A DNA stretch of 59,547 nt, filler included, from Sphacelaria rigidula (lineage: Eukaryota), in NCBI GenBank assembly GCA_964200075.2. It is 4 parts of 4 records of this genome, joined end to end, with 100 filler letters (N's around TTAATTAATTAA, not from the genome) between each part and the next. Parts side by side here need not be neighbours in the genome. Positions count along the whole stretch, not along the records: positions 14,917 to 29,730 come from CAXNAA020002033.1; positions 29,831 to 44,639 come from CAXNAA020002034.1; 2 more parts are not named here. One strand, 5' to 3'. The notes under the pieces were generated by a model. That model was not told the DNA's origin. It worked only from the letters and a program-made list of their open reading frames with translations, and made no database searches. A program made the position numbers and the translations under genes. Position 1 is the stretch's first letter; each line of letters begins with the position of its first letter. Positions 22,500-34,700 of this stretch are shown in pieces.

Positions 22500-23756
22500 C
22501 TGAAGAATGTGTAGGTTGGTATAAGAGGAAGGGGCCACAGTCACAGCTGCAGCAGGGAAAGTCGCTGATGTCCCGGTGTGCATTGATACGGTGGATACCC
22601 ACGGTGCGGGGCATTTTGTTTTTCCAACACCCTGCTGTCTGATGACGGCTAGATAAAGTGGGTACATTGATAGTGGATCAGGCAGGCTACAACGGATCCT
22701 GCAGGCCTCATCATCGATCTTCGCCCCGTTATGGACGAACGCTCGAAGAAACCCAGCAAGTAAGCATCGTTTATGGTCCGCTATATGGGTCTATGTGAGG
22801 GTTGGGAGCTGAACATTTCCACTTCAAAAATCTCGACCGTCGAAGATTGAGCTCCTGTCGCGCGACCAGTGGGTAGTGCTGCGGACCCTTGCCGGCGCAC
22901 CTGGCACTGGGGGCGGCATCCCGGTACAGACAGTCCCAACACTACCGGGACGGCCGTGCACAGGCCGGTAGCCGGAATGGCCGTTGCACTGGTGTTCTTC
23001 TCGCGTTTACAAATTGGAGTACGGCCGCACAGGCGTTGCACGCGAATATTTCGATGATTGCCTCACTTCCACTTCGGCCATGTGCTGTGGGTTACTTGAT
23101 TATTTCACGATCTCATTGCCTGACATGTATGGAAATGTATTACACCCTAGACAAGAGCTTCCTACAGTCAGTATACAATTTAAAAACATGTACTGTGCAC
23201 AGTATAGAAGCTATTTCCTTCTGCGACGTGCACAATACTCGTACAAAAGTGGGAACTGTGCGCAGTATGACTTCAAGACAGTGTGGAAATCTTCCGAAGT
23301 GCACTCAGCTGCAACACCGATCGCTGTACTAGATGTGCCAGAGCGAGGAGTGGTACACCACGTACACACAGACAGCAAGCAATATCATACATATATATTG
23401 CATACACTGTATACAAGTGTGATTTGAAATCCGTGCGCGCTGGGTCGGGCCGGCATTTAGAGAACCCTGCACAAGTTCGCCGTGTACTACCGGGACGCGA
23501 CCCTATTTCAGTAGCTATCACTTGCGATGTGTGTGATGTGTGCGATGTGTGCTGTGACGGGTCTCGTGCGTGATAGTGTTTTTTCCACCTCCGCACACCG
23601 CCCGTGAAGCGAGCTCTTCATGCTGGAAGTGTCCACCGCTCTTCCCGCTACTCCTGGTCTGAGACATTCGAAACTGCGAAATGTGACAGTACGAGCATCG
23701 ACTGGAAGGTAAATATTCTCCCACACAAATGCCTCCATAATATGAAAAAGGAATGA
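22500..23756 (-). mobile_element. Same element, copy B, in inverted orientation
   Basis: For example gctcctgtcgcgcgaccagtgggtagtgctgcggacccttg (22851) is the reverse complement of 18318-18358. The end gcctccataatatgaaaaaggaatga matches the right-end sequence of copy A. Confidence 0.7.
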
Positions 23757-25090
23757 GAGTAGTATACTTTCGACTTGCGTCACCCCCGGGAGGCCAGTAT
23801 CAACCTCCCGAAGGGGAACCTTGTATACATGTATAAGTTCCTGCATTATTGGTGTACCGGGACAAAAGAATACACTTTTTCAAGGTCGAACGCTTGGTAC
23901 AGAGATATTTTTGTTGTTGTTGGTCCGCCTGCTGTACTGTCCTTGTATCTCGTTTTTTTCTCTTTCATTTCGGGGGCATGTGATGCAGATCGTGAACATT
24001 CTTGTGTGAATCGGGGCGGCGTATGCTGATGATGCCGAGGGGGTGTTATTTCATGCATGCAGCAGTGGGCACTTCAGACCCGGTCCGCTATTAAAAATGA
24101 ATCAAGGAATCGAGAAGAAAAAATAAAGTTTGTTTTTGTTGTGTTTCCAAAGCACGAATCTGGCCTTGAAGGACGGGGCTCACATGAATGCCGCACGCTA
24201 GTCCCTACGCACAGCGTAACAGGGAAACAAGAGTACCCTGTCCCCATCTAGCACGATCAAGACATTCACCCTTGGCCCGATTCCATGTTTCGTTGAAAAA
24301 AGCGTGCCGGGTCTGGCGCGGGTGAGGGAACCGGAAGGTAGATCGGAGCGCATCGTTTGCTGTATGTAGTATTTGCTTTTATTTCCACCTTTAGGCCGTT
24401 CCTTGTAGTCGGAAAACAGACTCTCAGAGGAATATCCTGTTGAGCGTTTCGTCACGTTTTACAGCAGACTTTTGGCGGAGCACGGGCGTTGGCAGATCGG
24501 GCCTCTGTGAATTATGATTTGCTATGCTTTCCAAGATGATTGTAGCGCACTGTTTCGATATTTCATTTGCCCAGTCTTCTTTTTGGCCGTTTTTTTCAAC
24601 AGCCCTAAACATCTTCGAGTTCTGGGGAAAAACCACGTACGAGGAAGATTTTTAGGGCTGATGAGGAAAAATTGGGAATACGGCCGAACGTAGAACTAGG
24701 CATATAAAAAAACGGGAAACTGCGCTAGAATCGTCTGTGAAAGCATAGCCCATCTTCTTCCACAGGACACCCAATCTGTCAAGGCACGTATTTCGCCAAA
24801 AATCTGCGATGAAACGTTCCAGAAGGGCACATCTCCGAGAGCCTGTTTTCCGCTTGTAAGAAGTGGCCTCAAGCCACTTGTTCTTGGAACAAAAAGATCA
24901 TTGCTCTTGAGCGACTGTTTTGACCCTTCGACAGCGTTTTCGCGGCATAAATACGCCGAGACGGATACACTCAACTCGGAATGACTTGCTCTTCTACTGC
25001 GTGAGAGGACTTTGGCACACTTTCGACGAGTTTTTGGGCGCTCAGTCTGAGTTTTGGTCTGAAAAAAAAAAGAAAAACCCGCAAACCTTG

Positions 25091-25367
25091 CACACATCGG
25101 ACAGCTCATGAGCTACCAAGAATGTCCAATCAAAGAGAACTCTCAGATCCGCAGTCAGAACACAAAATTCGTGACAGCGGGGTCTGAGAAGCCCAAAGCG
25201 CCACCTCTGTGTTACTCCGTGTGCTCGGCGTGCAGCGCCGTAGGAAGCAAAAATGGGGGAAAAGAAAAGGGGGGGCCAAATCACCTGACTCATGATCCGG
25301 ATCAGTACACTAATGAGAATATACCGGAAGGTGTAGACTATTGCAGCGTCCAGAATAGATGGGATGG

Positions 25368-25406
<39 letters not shown>

Positions 25407-25449
25407 TGAGAAACAAAATTCAGGCAGCTCAAGGGTTGTCCGACGTGTG
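25091..25449. mobile_element. MITE-like repeat (cggacagctcatga family), copy 1, containing a (CA)n microsatellite
   Basis: Inverted ends cacacatcggacag ... ttgtccgacgtgtg. The interior is homologous to 27028-27620. The CA run is at ~25370-25402. Confidence 0.7.
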
Positions 25450-26007
25450 AAAATCTTACACACGGCGCAAAGTGAAACGGTCAGTTATTGGAATGTACAA
25501 GGTACGCCTCATTTTGTATTTTTTCGACCAGAAGTCAAACCGCGCGTAGCAAAAATCGCCGAATTTTTGTCCAAGGGTCGGACGAATGAATGGTTCGTCT
25601 GAACATGACTTGGTTTTGTGTCATTGATTCGTATCGTACGAATCAATCCTTAGGCTTTGTTTTTTTCAGCGTTGCAACCCAGGTACGCGCAGCTCAGGCA
25701 CGTGGAACGGCGCAAAAATTGCGTGCCAACCTGTTTGAACAGCGGTCGAAGTTTTTTTTTCCTATTTCGAGCAGTCAGGCCTGAAAAATCGTGGATTCGG
25801 TGATTCGAACCGGCGATGATTATTCGTCCGGACCGTGCAAGGTACGCGCGATCTTGATATTTCGGCCAGAAGTCAAACTGCGCGCAGCAAAAGTTGCCGA
25901 TGTTTCCCGAAAACCCTCGCATCCAGTAGAAGGGCGAGTCATTCCGGGGTGACAACATCTGCCTGCTTCCAGAGTGCCTCCTGCCTTACGTTTTGGTTTG
26001 AAGGATT

Positions 26008-26439
26008 CACAGGCACCTTAGGTAAGGTAGGTACCCGGTACCGTTATTTGGAACATCTCATACCCTGCCGATACCGGTCGAATCCGATATTTTGAAATGT
26101 CATACCTACGATACCTACGGTACCAGGGTATTTCGAGATTTCAATACCTACCGTACCCGCCCAATCCGGTATTTTGAAATGTCATACCTACGATACGTAC
26201 GGTACCAGGATAGTCCGAGATTTCAATACCTACCGTATCCGCCCAATCCGGTATTTTGAAATGCCGTACCCATGGTACCTACGATACCGGGGTATTTCGA
26301 GATTTCACTACCTACCGTACCCGCCAAATCCGGTATTTTGAAATGCCATACCTACGATACCTACGCATACAATGGTATGGGATACCCCGATAAATACCGG
26401 GGGTACGCTCGGCACGGTACCTGACCTACGGTGCCTGTG
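26008..26439. mobile_element. TIR element filled with about 4 tandem ~81-bp repeats
   Basis: Imperfect TIR cacaggcaccttaggtaaggta ... tacctgacctacggtgcctgtg. The internal unit aatccggtattttgaaatgtcatacctacgatac..ggtaccaggg..cgagatttca is repeated. Confidence 0.7.
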
Positions 26440-26749
26440 GAAGGGTCCGGTCAACACTCCTCCCGCACCGCGTTGATTCGCATAAAAAAACAAATACTTG
26501 GCCACGCTCTCACATCTTCAAAGACGAAGACCCAATTCTGCTATAGACCGTATGTGTCAGCACTCGAAGCGTAGACCTTCCACCCTGATCGCCTAGTAAT
26601 GTAAAACTGGTTGCCTTGTTTTTCACGCGAATAACGCCGCCGAGGGGCCGAAAAATGTACGTACTGTTGAGCAAAAACTTCATATATATTTTTTCCCACC
26701 GAAGCCATGCGGCCGAGGCCGACCATTCCTACTTTATTATATTTTCCCA

Positions 26750-26755
26750 TTTTGT

Positions 26756-26791
<36 letters not shown>

Positions 26792-26803
26792 TTGTTTGTT
26801 TGT
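26750..26803 (+). repeat. Compound microsatellite (TTGC)n(TTTG)n
   Basis: Directly visible in the sequence. Confidence 0.9.
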
Positions 26804-27027
26804 TCTTCAATCTGTTCTGCCTGTTCGTTTTTTTTTTTCTTCTTAGTCTAAAAAACTGTTGGTCTGTTCTACCTTTTTTCTGTTTTTTTTTTCTTTCTTT
26901 CACTTTTCTCGAGCCAGTGTTTCAGTCTTGTTTTTGTCCCGGGTACGTCTATCATGTGGGTAATGACGACGACTGGATCATGACGCCTGGGGCACAGTCA
27001 AAGTGCGACAATCAGTCAATCAAACAG

Positions 27028-27620
27028 CGTCGGACAGCTCATGACTTACCTAAAATAGCTGGTCGAGGAGGACTCTCAGATCCCTTGTAAAAAAACACCA
27101 AATACGTGACAGCAGGGTCCGAGAAGGCAAAGCGCTACCTTCCCTCTACTCCGCGTACTCGGCGTCCACTACTGTAGGGGGCAAAACGTGGGAAGAAGGG
27201 CCAAATGAGCTGGCTCGTGCAGTAGAGTTTATCAGTTGGGATGGTCAGAATTTCTCATGTAGTTCGACTTGATTTTAGTGTGAACAACGAAATTCCGGAT
27301 CTTTAACGGGGCTATGCTCCAGGCGTGCTCCCAGCTTGCGTAGAACGCGTTTTGGTCGAAATCAGCGCCTGGGGCGCCGATTTGAGGTCTAGCAACGCAC
27401 CCTTTGCCTAAGTAACACTCTCCACCCCCTCGCCCGAGGGTTCTCGGTGTGCCTTCGTTGGGGTTAGGGTTAGGGTGGATGTTGGTGTTATAGTTTGTTC
27501 CAAGTGATGAGTTTCTGAGAAATTGCTCACCATCCCAAGTGGTGAACTGACGTCGGCTCGTGATCCGGATCAGCACACTAACACCAAGTAATATCGAGGT
27601 AGCTCATGAGCTGTCCGACG
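27028..27620. mobile_element. MITE-like repeat (cggacagctcatga family), copy 2, interrupted by a nested insertion
   Basis: Perfect 17-bp inverted ends cgtcggacagctcatga / tcatgagctgtccgacg. It is homologous to 25091-25449. Confidence 0.8.
27220..27554. mobile_element. hAT-like MITE with 8-bp TSD (GGCTCGTG)
   Basis: ggctcgtg occurs at 27212-27219 and 27555-27562. Imperfect ~35-bp TIRs (agtttatcagttgggatggtcagaatttctca / tgagaaattgctcaccatcccaagtggtgaact). The uninterrupted equivalent site lies in copy 1 near 25287. Confidence 0.8.
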
Positions 27621-28162
27621 TGTGAAAACCTGTTTCGTTTTCATGAGGAGTGTTCTTGAAGCGAAACGAAATCGGTACGAGCTGGGCCAGCCAAAAATGG
27701 GTGGTTTTTCTTGCTCAGGCGACGCACGGCGCGATATTAGGAGTTGGATGCTGAAAATTTTGACAGCAGCTTTATATGATCAAAATGCAGAACGTCACGT
27801 GAGCAGCAAAGAAAAGAATAAAATAAAAAGTCACAGGCATTTGAAATTTCAGCAAAAACAAAATAATGTCACAAGAAGTTCAGGGAAAAAATGAGAATCT
27901 ACAGCTGGACATGTGAAGTAGCAGTTCCTCGGGTGCAGGAGGTCTTCCTGAAATTTCAGCTCTAGAGTCGTCGAATTGGGCCGTGCGTTCAACATTTTGC
28001 GTGACGCTGCGCATCCCTATGAATCAAGTGATGGGAGACTCCAATTATAGAGGTTATGAGTTTGAATCTTGACACATTCTATTTTATTTTTCGTCCGTCG
28101 TTAAGGTCATACACTATGCAGTACATTTTTTTCCTAATTTGTTTTCATTCAGCGGCGGTGAC

Positions 28163-28487
28163 GTGTCACCAGGTTGGTCTACACTTCACGGTGATATGCT
28201 CACGTCGAGTTCATTCGGGAAACTGGGGAAGCTATGGTGTGAGCAAGTTTTAGCAGCTTTTAAGCTGGCCCAGCTCGTATCGCCCAACGATATGAGGCGC
28301 ATCCTGTGCTCTATGCAGTACAAAAACGTCATCGGCAATACGACGCCAATCGAACAGCGACGCAGTCCTTTGTCATTAGGTGGATCTACAGTTCACAGTG
28401 ATATGCTTACATCGGGTTCATTCGGGAGACTGGGAACGCTGTGGTGTGAGCAACTTTTAGCCGCTCTTTAGCTGGCCCAGTTCGTAC
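28163..28487 (+). repeat. Two direct ~115-bp repeats ending in gctggcccagytcgta
   Basis: 28163-28280 resembles 28370-28487. The terminal motif is the inverse of tacgagctgggccagc at ~27676, which also occurs at ~7626. Confidence 0.75.
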
Positions 28488-28725
28488 CATTCGGTTCCGC
28501 CTGCGACCACAGAAACATAGCTGCACGGTAAAACCTACAAGTATTTGCAAGGGTGCGTTGAGTAGGGTATTTTCTACCTTTTTGCCTATTTCGAAAAATC
28601 GTACTCTAAGCACCCGATGATTTGGGTGGAGTGTTGAGATCGTACTCAAACAATACCCAGATGTTGGGTAGAGCAATGTGATCATACCCAATGTTACCCA
28701 ATCTTGGGGTAGAGTTTGGAGATTA

Positions 28726-28823
28726 CATTCTCAAGAAGTGTACTGCGTACAGTGTAAAATCTCTAGTCTATCGCAATAGACGCAACAGTTCGATATTGTA
28801 CGCAGTACACTTCTTTGACAATG
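28726..28823. mobile_element. ~100-bp hairpin MITE with TA TSD (Tc1/mariner, Stowaway-like)
   Basis: TA|cattctcaagaagtgtactgcgtaca ... tgtacgcagtacacttctttgacaatg|TA. Confidence 0.75.
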
Positions 28824-29333
28824 TAATTTATTGTCCGGGGTGTAGTATTTACCCTACTATCCAACACCCTTGGGGTATTTATTGCCCATCCGGAATACTA
28901 TTCCGAATTTGCTGACGCGTCTTCACGTGTGTCCGGGCAACAGTATTTTCGGTGAAATGTAGAAGGCACGGGCGGTAAGTTAACACAACAGCTTTCAAAA
29001 CCGTAAATATTGTACTGAAGACCAGAAGTGGGTTTCAGCAGGGTTAACGCGAGTTTGTCCTCAAATCACCGCGGCCTCAAAATACTTGATTTTAGTGTAG
29101 TCAGATTCGAATCTTTTGAGAGGCTGACAGTTCCGAGCGCTCCCGTCGCGCGCATCACGTCTTTTTGCTCAAATCGGGGGCCCCTACGGCGTCGAATTAC
29201 CGCGGTTGAAAAACGCTTGATTTTTTTGTAAGGACCGGACGAATCAATGATTCGTCTAGAAATTACTTGGTTTTAGTGTGATGGGTTCGAATCGTACGGA
29301 TCAATCCCTAGGCTTTGTTTTCAGCGTTGCAAC

Positions 29334-29730
29334 TAGAGGTGGGCACCGGACAGCAAATTTAGAAAACCGGTAACCGGATAAGGAGGCGTTATTTTCAAAT
29401 CGAAAAACCGGTTTAACCGTTTTTTTTTCGGCCGGTTTAACCTGATAAGCAAGGGACAACGCCTCCGAATCATTGAAACGTCGGTGAAATAGGCGTTGTT
29501 GTCATGTGTTTCACACCGTGTGAGTGATGGATACGCTCGAAAACACCCATTGCAGGTGACGGCAAGGTTAAATTTCAGACCTCCGTACCCGTGCAACATC
29601 TGTCGAACTTACGGCTTACGGCACAGCGGCTGGTGACTGGTGACTAGCGACTGTTGACACTTATTCCAATGCGTTGATAAATGGTTTTCATTACTTGAAC
29701 GGCTACTGTTATAATCTGGGACCTGGCATG
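29334..29730. mobile_element. End of a hAT-like element inserted in an older repeat, truncated by the contig end
   Basis: Starts TAGAGGTGGGCA with clustered AACCGG subterminal motifs. The preceding sequence 29235-29333 matches 25577-25678, and the similarity stops at this point. Confidence 0.55.
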
Positions 29731-29830
29731 NNNNNNNNNNNNNNNNNNNNNNNNNNNNNNNNNNNNNNNNNNNNTTAATTAATTAANNNNNNNNNNNNNN
29801 NNNNNNNNNNNNNNNNNNNNNNNNNNNNNN
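29731..29830. other. Artificial contig-joining spacer
   Basis: N44-TTAATTAATTAA-N44. Confidence 0.97.
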
Positions 29831-29950
29831 TCCGCTCTTTTTTTGCTCGTTGTCTGCGCTTTTTATTTTTCTTCCTGCGTTATTTTTCGCTTTTCTGCTC
29901 TTTTTCTGCTTTTTTTTTTTTCTGCGTTTTTTTTTCTGCCCCTATTTTGT

Positions 29951-30241
29951 ACGTCGAAAGTTAAGCTAGGCTAGTAATACGATGGGGGACCAAGTGAGGA
30001 GCCCTGATTTGACTTGACTTTTGAACACAGCTCCCCGCGTGGTCCCCGTGCCCCACCGTATTACTAGCCTGGCTTAACCCTTTTGGAACCAACTGACGAT
30101 TTCTGTCTTTGTGAATATGCATCATTTTCAGTCATTGTTTTTGTGAATAGGCATCATTTTGACTTGAAAATGACTGAAAATGATGCCGATTCACTTGAAC
30201 AGAAATCGTCAATGCATTCCGAAAGGGTTAACTTTTGACGT
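29951..30241. mobile_element. Small hairpin element whose right arm is split by a piggyBac-like MITE
   Basis: Left arm acgtcgaaagttaagctaggctagtaatacg. Right arm cgtattactagcctggcttaa[insert]cttttgacgt. Confidence 0.7.
30078..30227. mobile_element. 150-bp piggyBac-like MITE with TTAA TSD
   Basis: TTAA|cccttttggaaccaactgacgatttctgt ... acagaaatcgtcaatgcattccgaaaggg|TTAA. Confidence 0.88.
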
Positions 30242-31700
30242 GAAACATGAAACATGAACGTGTAACGTGTAGAGTCCTGAAAGGAGGAGGTCCGTCTGTC
30301 TGTCTGCAGGTTTTTTGCCCGGGGCACTCGCAAGTCTGCGCTGTCCTATTGGGAATCTGCGTCAATCATGCTCTATATATCCTCCCTGAACCCTGCTGCT
30401 GTATTTCCTGAAAATCTGCGACATATTTCGGTTTTCCTGAGCAGATGGAGTTACAGTCTACAGGTGCGACCACGGCTCGATTCCAGGGGGGTCAGTCAAA
30501 GTGCGATAATAAATCAATCAATCAATCCAATCATCAATCGATCATACTATACTACTACTGCGTGCTCCTCTTGTACAAGCGGCATCATCCTTGATGCTTC
30601 GTATATTCTTACATGGCAGCACCCGCACTGAAACGCGCACATTGTCGGAGAGCATACCCTCTCCCCCTTCCACCCTTTTACAACAGCGCACAGTGGGGTG
30701 ATCTAAAGTGGGGACGTACCAATGCAGTTGCTCTTCACCGAATAACTAACGGGTGCATACTGAATATTGCTTACTGACTTCAGTTACTCTGTACAATACA
30801 CGCATATTTTTTCAACGGATCTGAACATAGACTATGTGGGTATATGTGATAGTCAAAACCACGATTTCTTGAGTCCGCGATCCCGCGGAGGTAGTCAAAC
30901 TGATCCAGCAAAGCTCGAAACATGCGTTCCGGAGGTGGGCCCCCTTCACCCGTGCCGCGTGCACCGTCAACAGGGACATTCAATGAATCTGGAGTGGAAA
31001 CGAATCAGCGGTATGTGTGGTTGCCTGTTGCTATCCTGCGGTCTCTTCTACTCCTATTTGTCTGTGTTTTCAGAATCACGATGGGACCTCGTGGCCTAAG
31101 CACGGTTCTCACAAGAGTATCCGGTAGAGTTACTGTACTGTGAGGTATATCGTCGCTCGTGAGGAACACAATGAAATGCCGTCGACAACTTATTCTAGAC
31201 GTTCGAGCTCAGACCTCCTGGCGTTTTGGGACATCCACCGACATTCCAATATCTATCGTGAACTGGCGGTGTTTTTCAAAACGCCAAGACGAACACAGGA
31301 CACAGGACAGTACAGAGCGGTAGTAACACTTTGGCTGTCTGTACGTGTCGTTCCGTGTACCAACAACAGTACGGCATGCCGTACAGCTGTCGGTAATATG
31401 ATATGTTCAGATCGGTCTATCTATTTGATTGCTGCGTAATGCAGTACAGTAGCAGCAGATATCGCTACGAGTCTACCCGTGGTTATAGGATGGACGTGCC
31501 CAAGGTGATCAAACGGAACACTCGCGAAGGAAATTATCCGAGAGAGGGGAAAGATAAGAAATATATAAGGGAACGAACACAGCATGCGACAACAACGCTC
31601 AACTATTATGTACACAGAAAGTACTTCATTACTGTACTGATACACATGGTATCATGGCACTACTGTTTAGCCGTTTCCTAATCATCATTCGGCACTGTCT

Positions 31701-34700
31701 ATGATGTCCCTACTAAGCAGGCCCGCCAAATGGCTCACCATAACCGACGCTATGGAGTACCTGGATGCAGTGAAGCTCGAATATCGGGATCAACCGGACA
31801 TCTACGACGATTTTCTCGCCATAATGGGGCGATTCAGGACGAACCAAATGCTTCCCCCCGCAGTGATTGATGAAGTCGCGACGCTTTTTCGCGGCCGAGA
31901 CCAGCTTATTCTTAGGTTTAACCGATTCCTACCGGACGCCTACAAGATCGGCCAAGAGGATATCGAACGTATGGAGGACGCGCGGATTGCAGAGGAGCAA
32001 CGAGAGCGCCGTCAAGGTCATGCGGATGCACTTTCTGTGCATTTTTTCGTTCGTTTCAAAGCTTTTGAAACGATACGCGTTGATTTCACCGAATGCTCAT
32101 ATGCTACTGACTTTGACGAGTGTACTGGTCGGTGCGGTGTTCATGTTTCTATACTATACATCTACGCTTCACGGGACTGCGGCTCTGTGTGCCGCAAATA
32201 CAGTATACGAAACAGGATTGTGCACTGTGATTAATCTCAGACGGCACGGCCTACTTGCCTGAGTACGAACATGGAGTGAGTAATCAAATGCAGAAAACTT
32301 GAGTGACAACAGCAACAATGCCCATAACTAAATTGCCTCCCCCCCCCGTGCAGTAGGTGACGCTGGGCATGTTCTCGGAGGAGACACTGGCGCGCGACGG
32401 GGGGGGCGAGGAACGACAGGGGCGCTTGACGGGCTTCCTGGGCACTTGGACGATGGCGGCAGGGGTACTCCCGACCACACCGATAGGGAAGATGAAGATG
32501 ATGTGCACGACTGTGAAGCGCCTGAGTACGAATTCGACCACGCCATCAATTACGTCACGTGCATCAAGCGTCGCTTTGCGCATGAACCGGAAACGTACAA
32601 AGCGTTCCTTGATATCCTGCATACGTACCAGCGTCAGCGCGAGCACACTGGTGATTATCTTCTGGTTCCGTATTTTCGTACAGGCAGATGGGATGAAGTG
32701 GTCGTGCCATCTTTAAGCTGTTGTGTCAATCAACTAGATGTTGCCGATCGCTCTCGAATGCGTTTGACCCCGAGTTACCCATCTTCGTTCATGAACTCTC
32801 GATTTTTGGCGCTACTATGCTCAACCAACAGGACTCAACATAATGGGCTGTATCTATCTGGCAGCTGTGCAGTAGTTGAGCGACTTTTTCACGTGGAACA
32901 ACGACTGGCCCACCTCTCATCTTCTTGCGACTTTCCCCTCACCGTGTGCCTGGCAAAGTTTTTGGAGATCCCTATTCGTCATCAGGAGAGTAATGTGTAA
33001 TATATACCTTGATCCCTTCCTTGTTCCAGGTATCAACACGGTGCTGGAGCAGGTTACGAGCCTTTTTTCGAATCAGCCGGATTTGCTGAAGGAGTTCACG
33101 TACTTTTTACCAGACACGGTCCAGGCACAAGCAAAGGAAAAACTTGACCGCGCGGCAGAGGAAGCTGAGATTAGGCTGGGAATACGTGATGCGGATGGAC
33201 GGGTGCACAACGGGAATCGAGGCCAGGCGAACAGGCCGCATGGTGGCACGAGAGGAGGGGGGATGGGGCTACCGAGGGGAACAGGTGGTGACATGTTTCG
33301 GGGAGGCCCAGAGAGAATGTCGCAACGAGACGATCTGGCCCAAGACTGGCATAACCAGTTTGGGTACATCCCATTTCGCGAAGGCAGACACCCCCGCGTT
33401 GGGCATAGGTCTCGGGCGCACTTTACTAACGGCAATCTCAGCCGTGTTGGCATGAGGCACCCGTTCCCAGGAATGAACGATAGCGCCCACGGATCGATCG
33501 ATGGCTACCGCGGCGGGCGGCGGGCGGGACGGTGGAGGGGCGAGGAAGCGGAGGACTACGAAAGTAGCATCGATGCGCCAATCGGAGTGCCCAGGAAGCG
33601 CAGCCGAACGGCAGACCAGCCCATCCCGAAGGAAGTCGGGCCCAGCGAGTCGGCGATGGACTCTCAGGACGAGTTCAAGGTCTCCCCAGAGCATCAGTTC
33701 TTCGACCAAGCTCGTAACTATTTGTGCGAGGGAGGCGATAATTCTGACTGGAGCGCATTCTTGAAGGTTCTCGAGATGTTCAGTAATGACGTGTTCAGCC
33801 GTGACGATATGATGGTCCATGCGCGGGATCTCTTCGGTGATGAAAAAGACTATGGCCTGTTGGACAAGTTCAAAGCTCTCGTGGACAGGAGAGACTCGTT
33901 GGATAAGCCCCCGGCTGAAATCACGCCGATTGTGGGGCTGTCTGACATGCACTTAGAAAATGCACCGGTCGTAACACCTAGCTATCGCGAGATCCCAAGA
34001 CAGTATCAATTGATGAGGTCCAGCGGGCGGAGCGCAGCCGAAGAAAAGTTGTTGAACGATCGCTGGGTCAGTCTTCCGGTTGGCAGCGAAGACAACAACA
34101 CCTTCAAGCACATGCGGCGTAATCCACATGAAGACGTGCTGTTCAAGGTGGAAGACGAGCGTTTCGAGTTAGATATGCTGATCGATGCTGTTACGGCAAC
34201 CATAGCTCGCCTGGAGCCTGCAGAAGAAGAAATCGAGGCGTTGAAGGCCACCGTACAGGTTTCCCTTGGGCAAACGTCGCAAAAAATTGCAGGCGCGAAT
34301 GAAGGAAAGTCCTCAGAAGCAGTCGCCCGTTCTGTGCCTCAGTTCCAGTACAGACTCGATGAGCGCACGCTGGGGGCGATACATCTAAGCACCATCTCAC
34401 GCCTTTACGGAGACCACGGACCGGAGGTGCTAGAGCTGATGCGCGAAAACCCAGCTGCGGCAGTTCCTGTGGTGCTCAAGCGCCTTCGTCAGAAACAGCG
34501 GGAGTGGCGCACGGCACGCGAGAAAGCAAAAAGTGCTTGGAAGGAGCTTGCACAGAAAAATTTCCATAAGAGTCTCGATCACCGCTCTTCGCATTTCCGC
34601 AGGGAAGACAGGCGAAGCACTACCGCTCGTTTTCTTGTAGAGGAAATTAAGTACAAGAAGGCGGAGGAGGATCCACAAGCAGCCGCCGTAGCCGCCGTGG

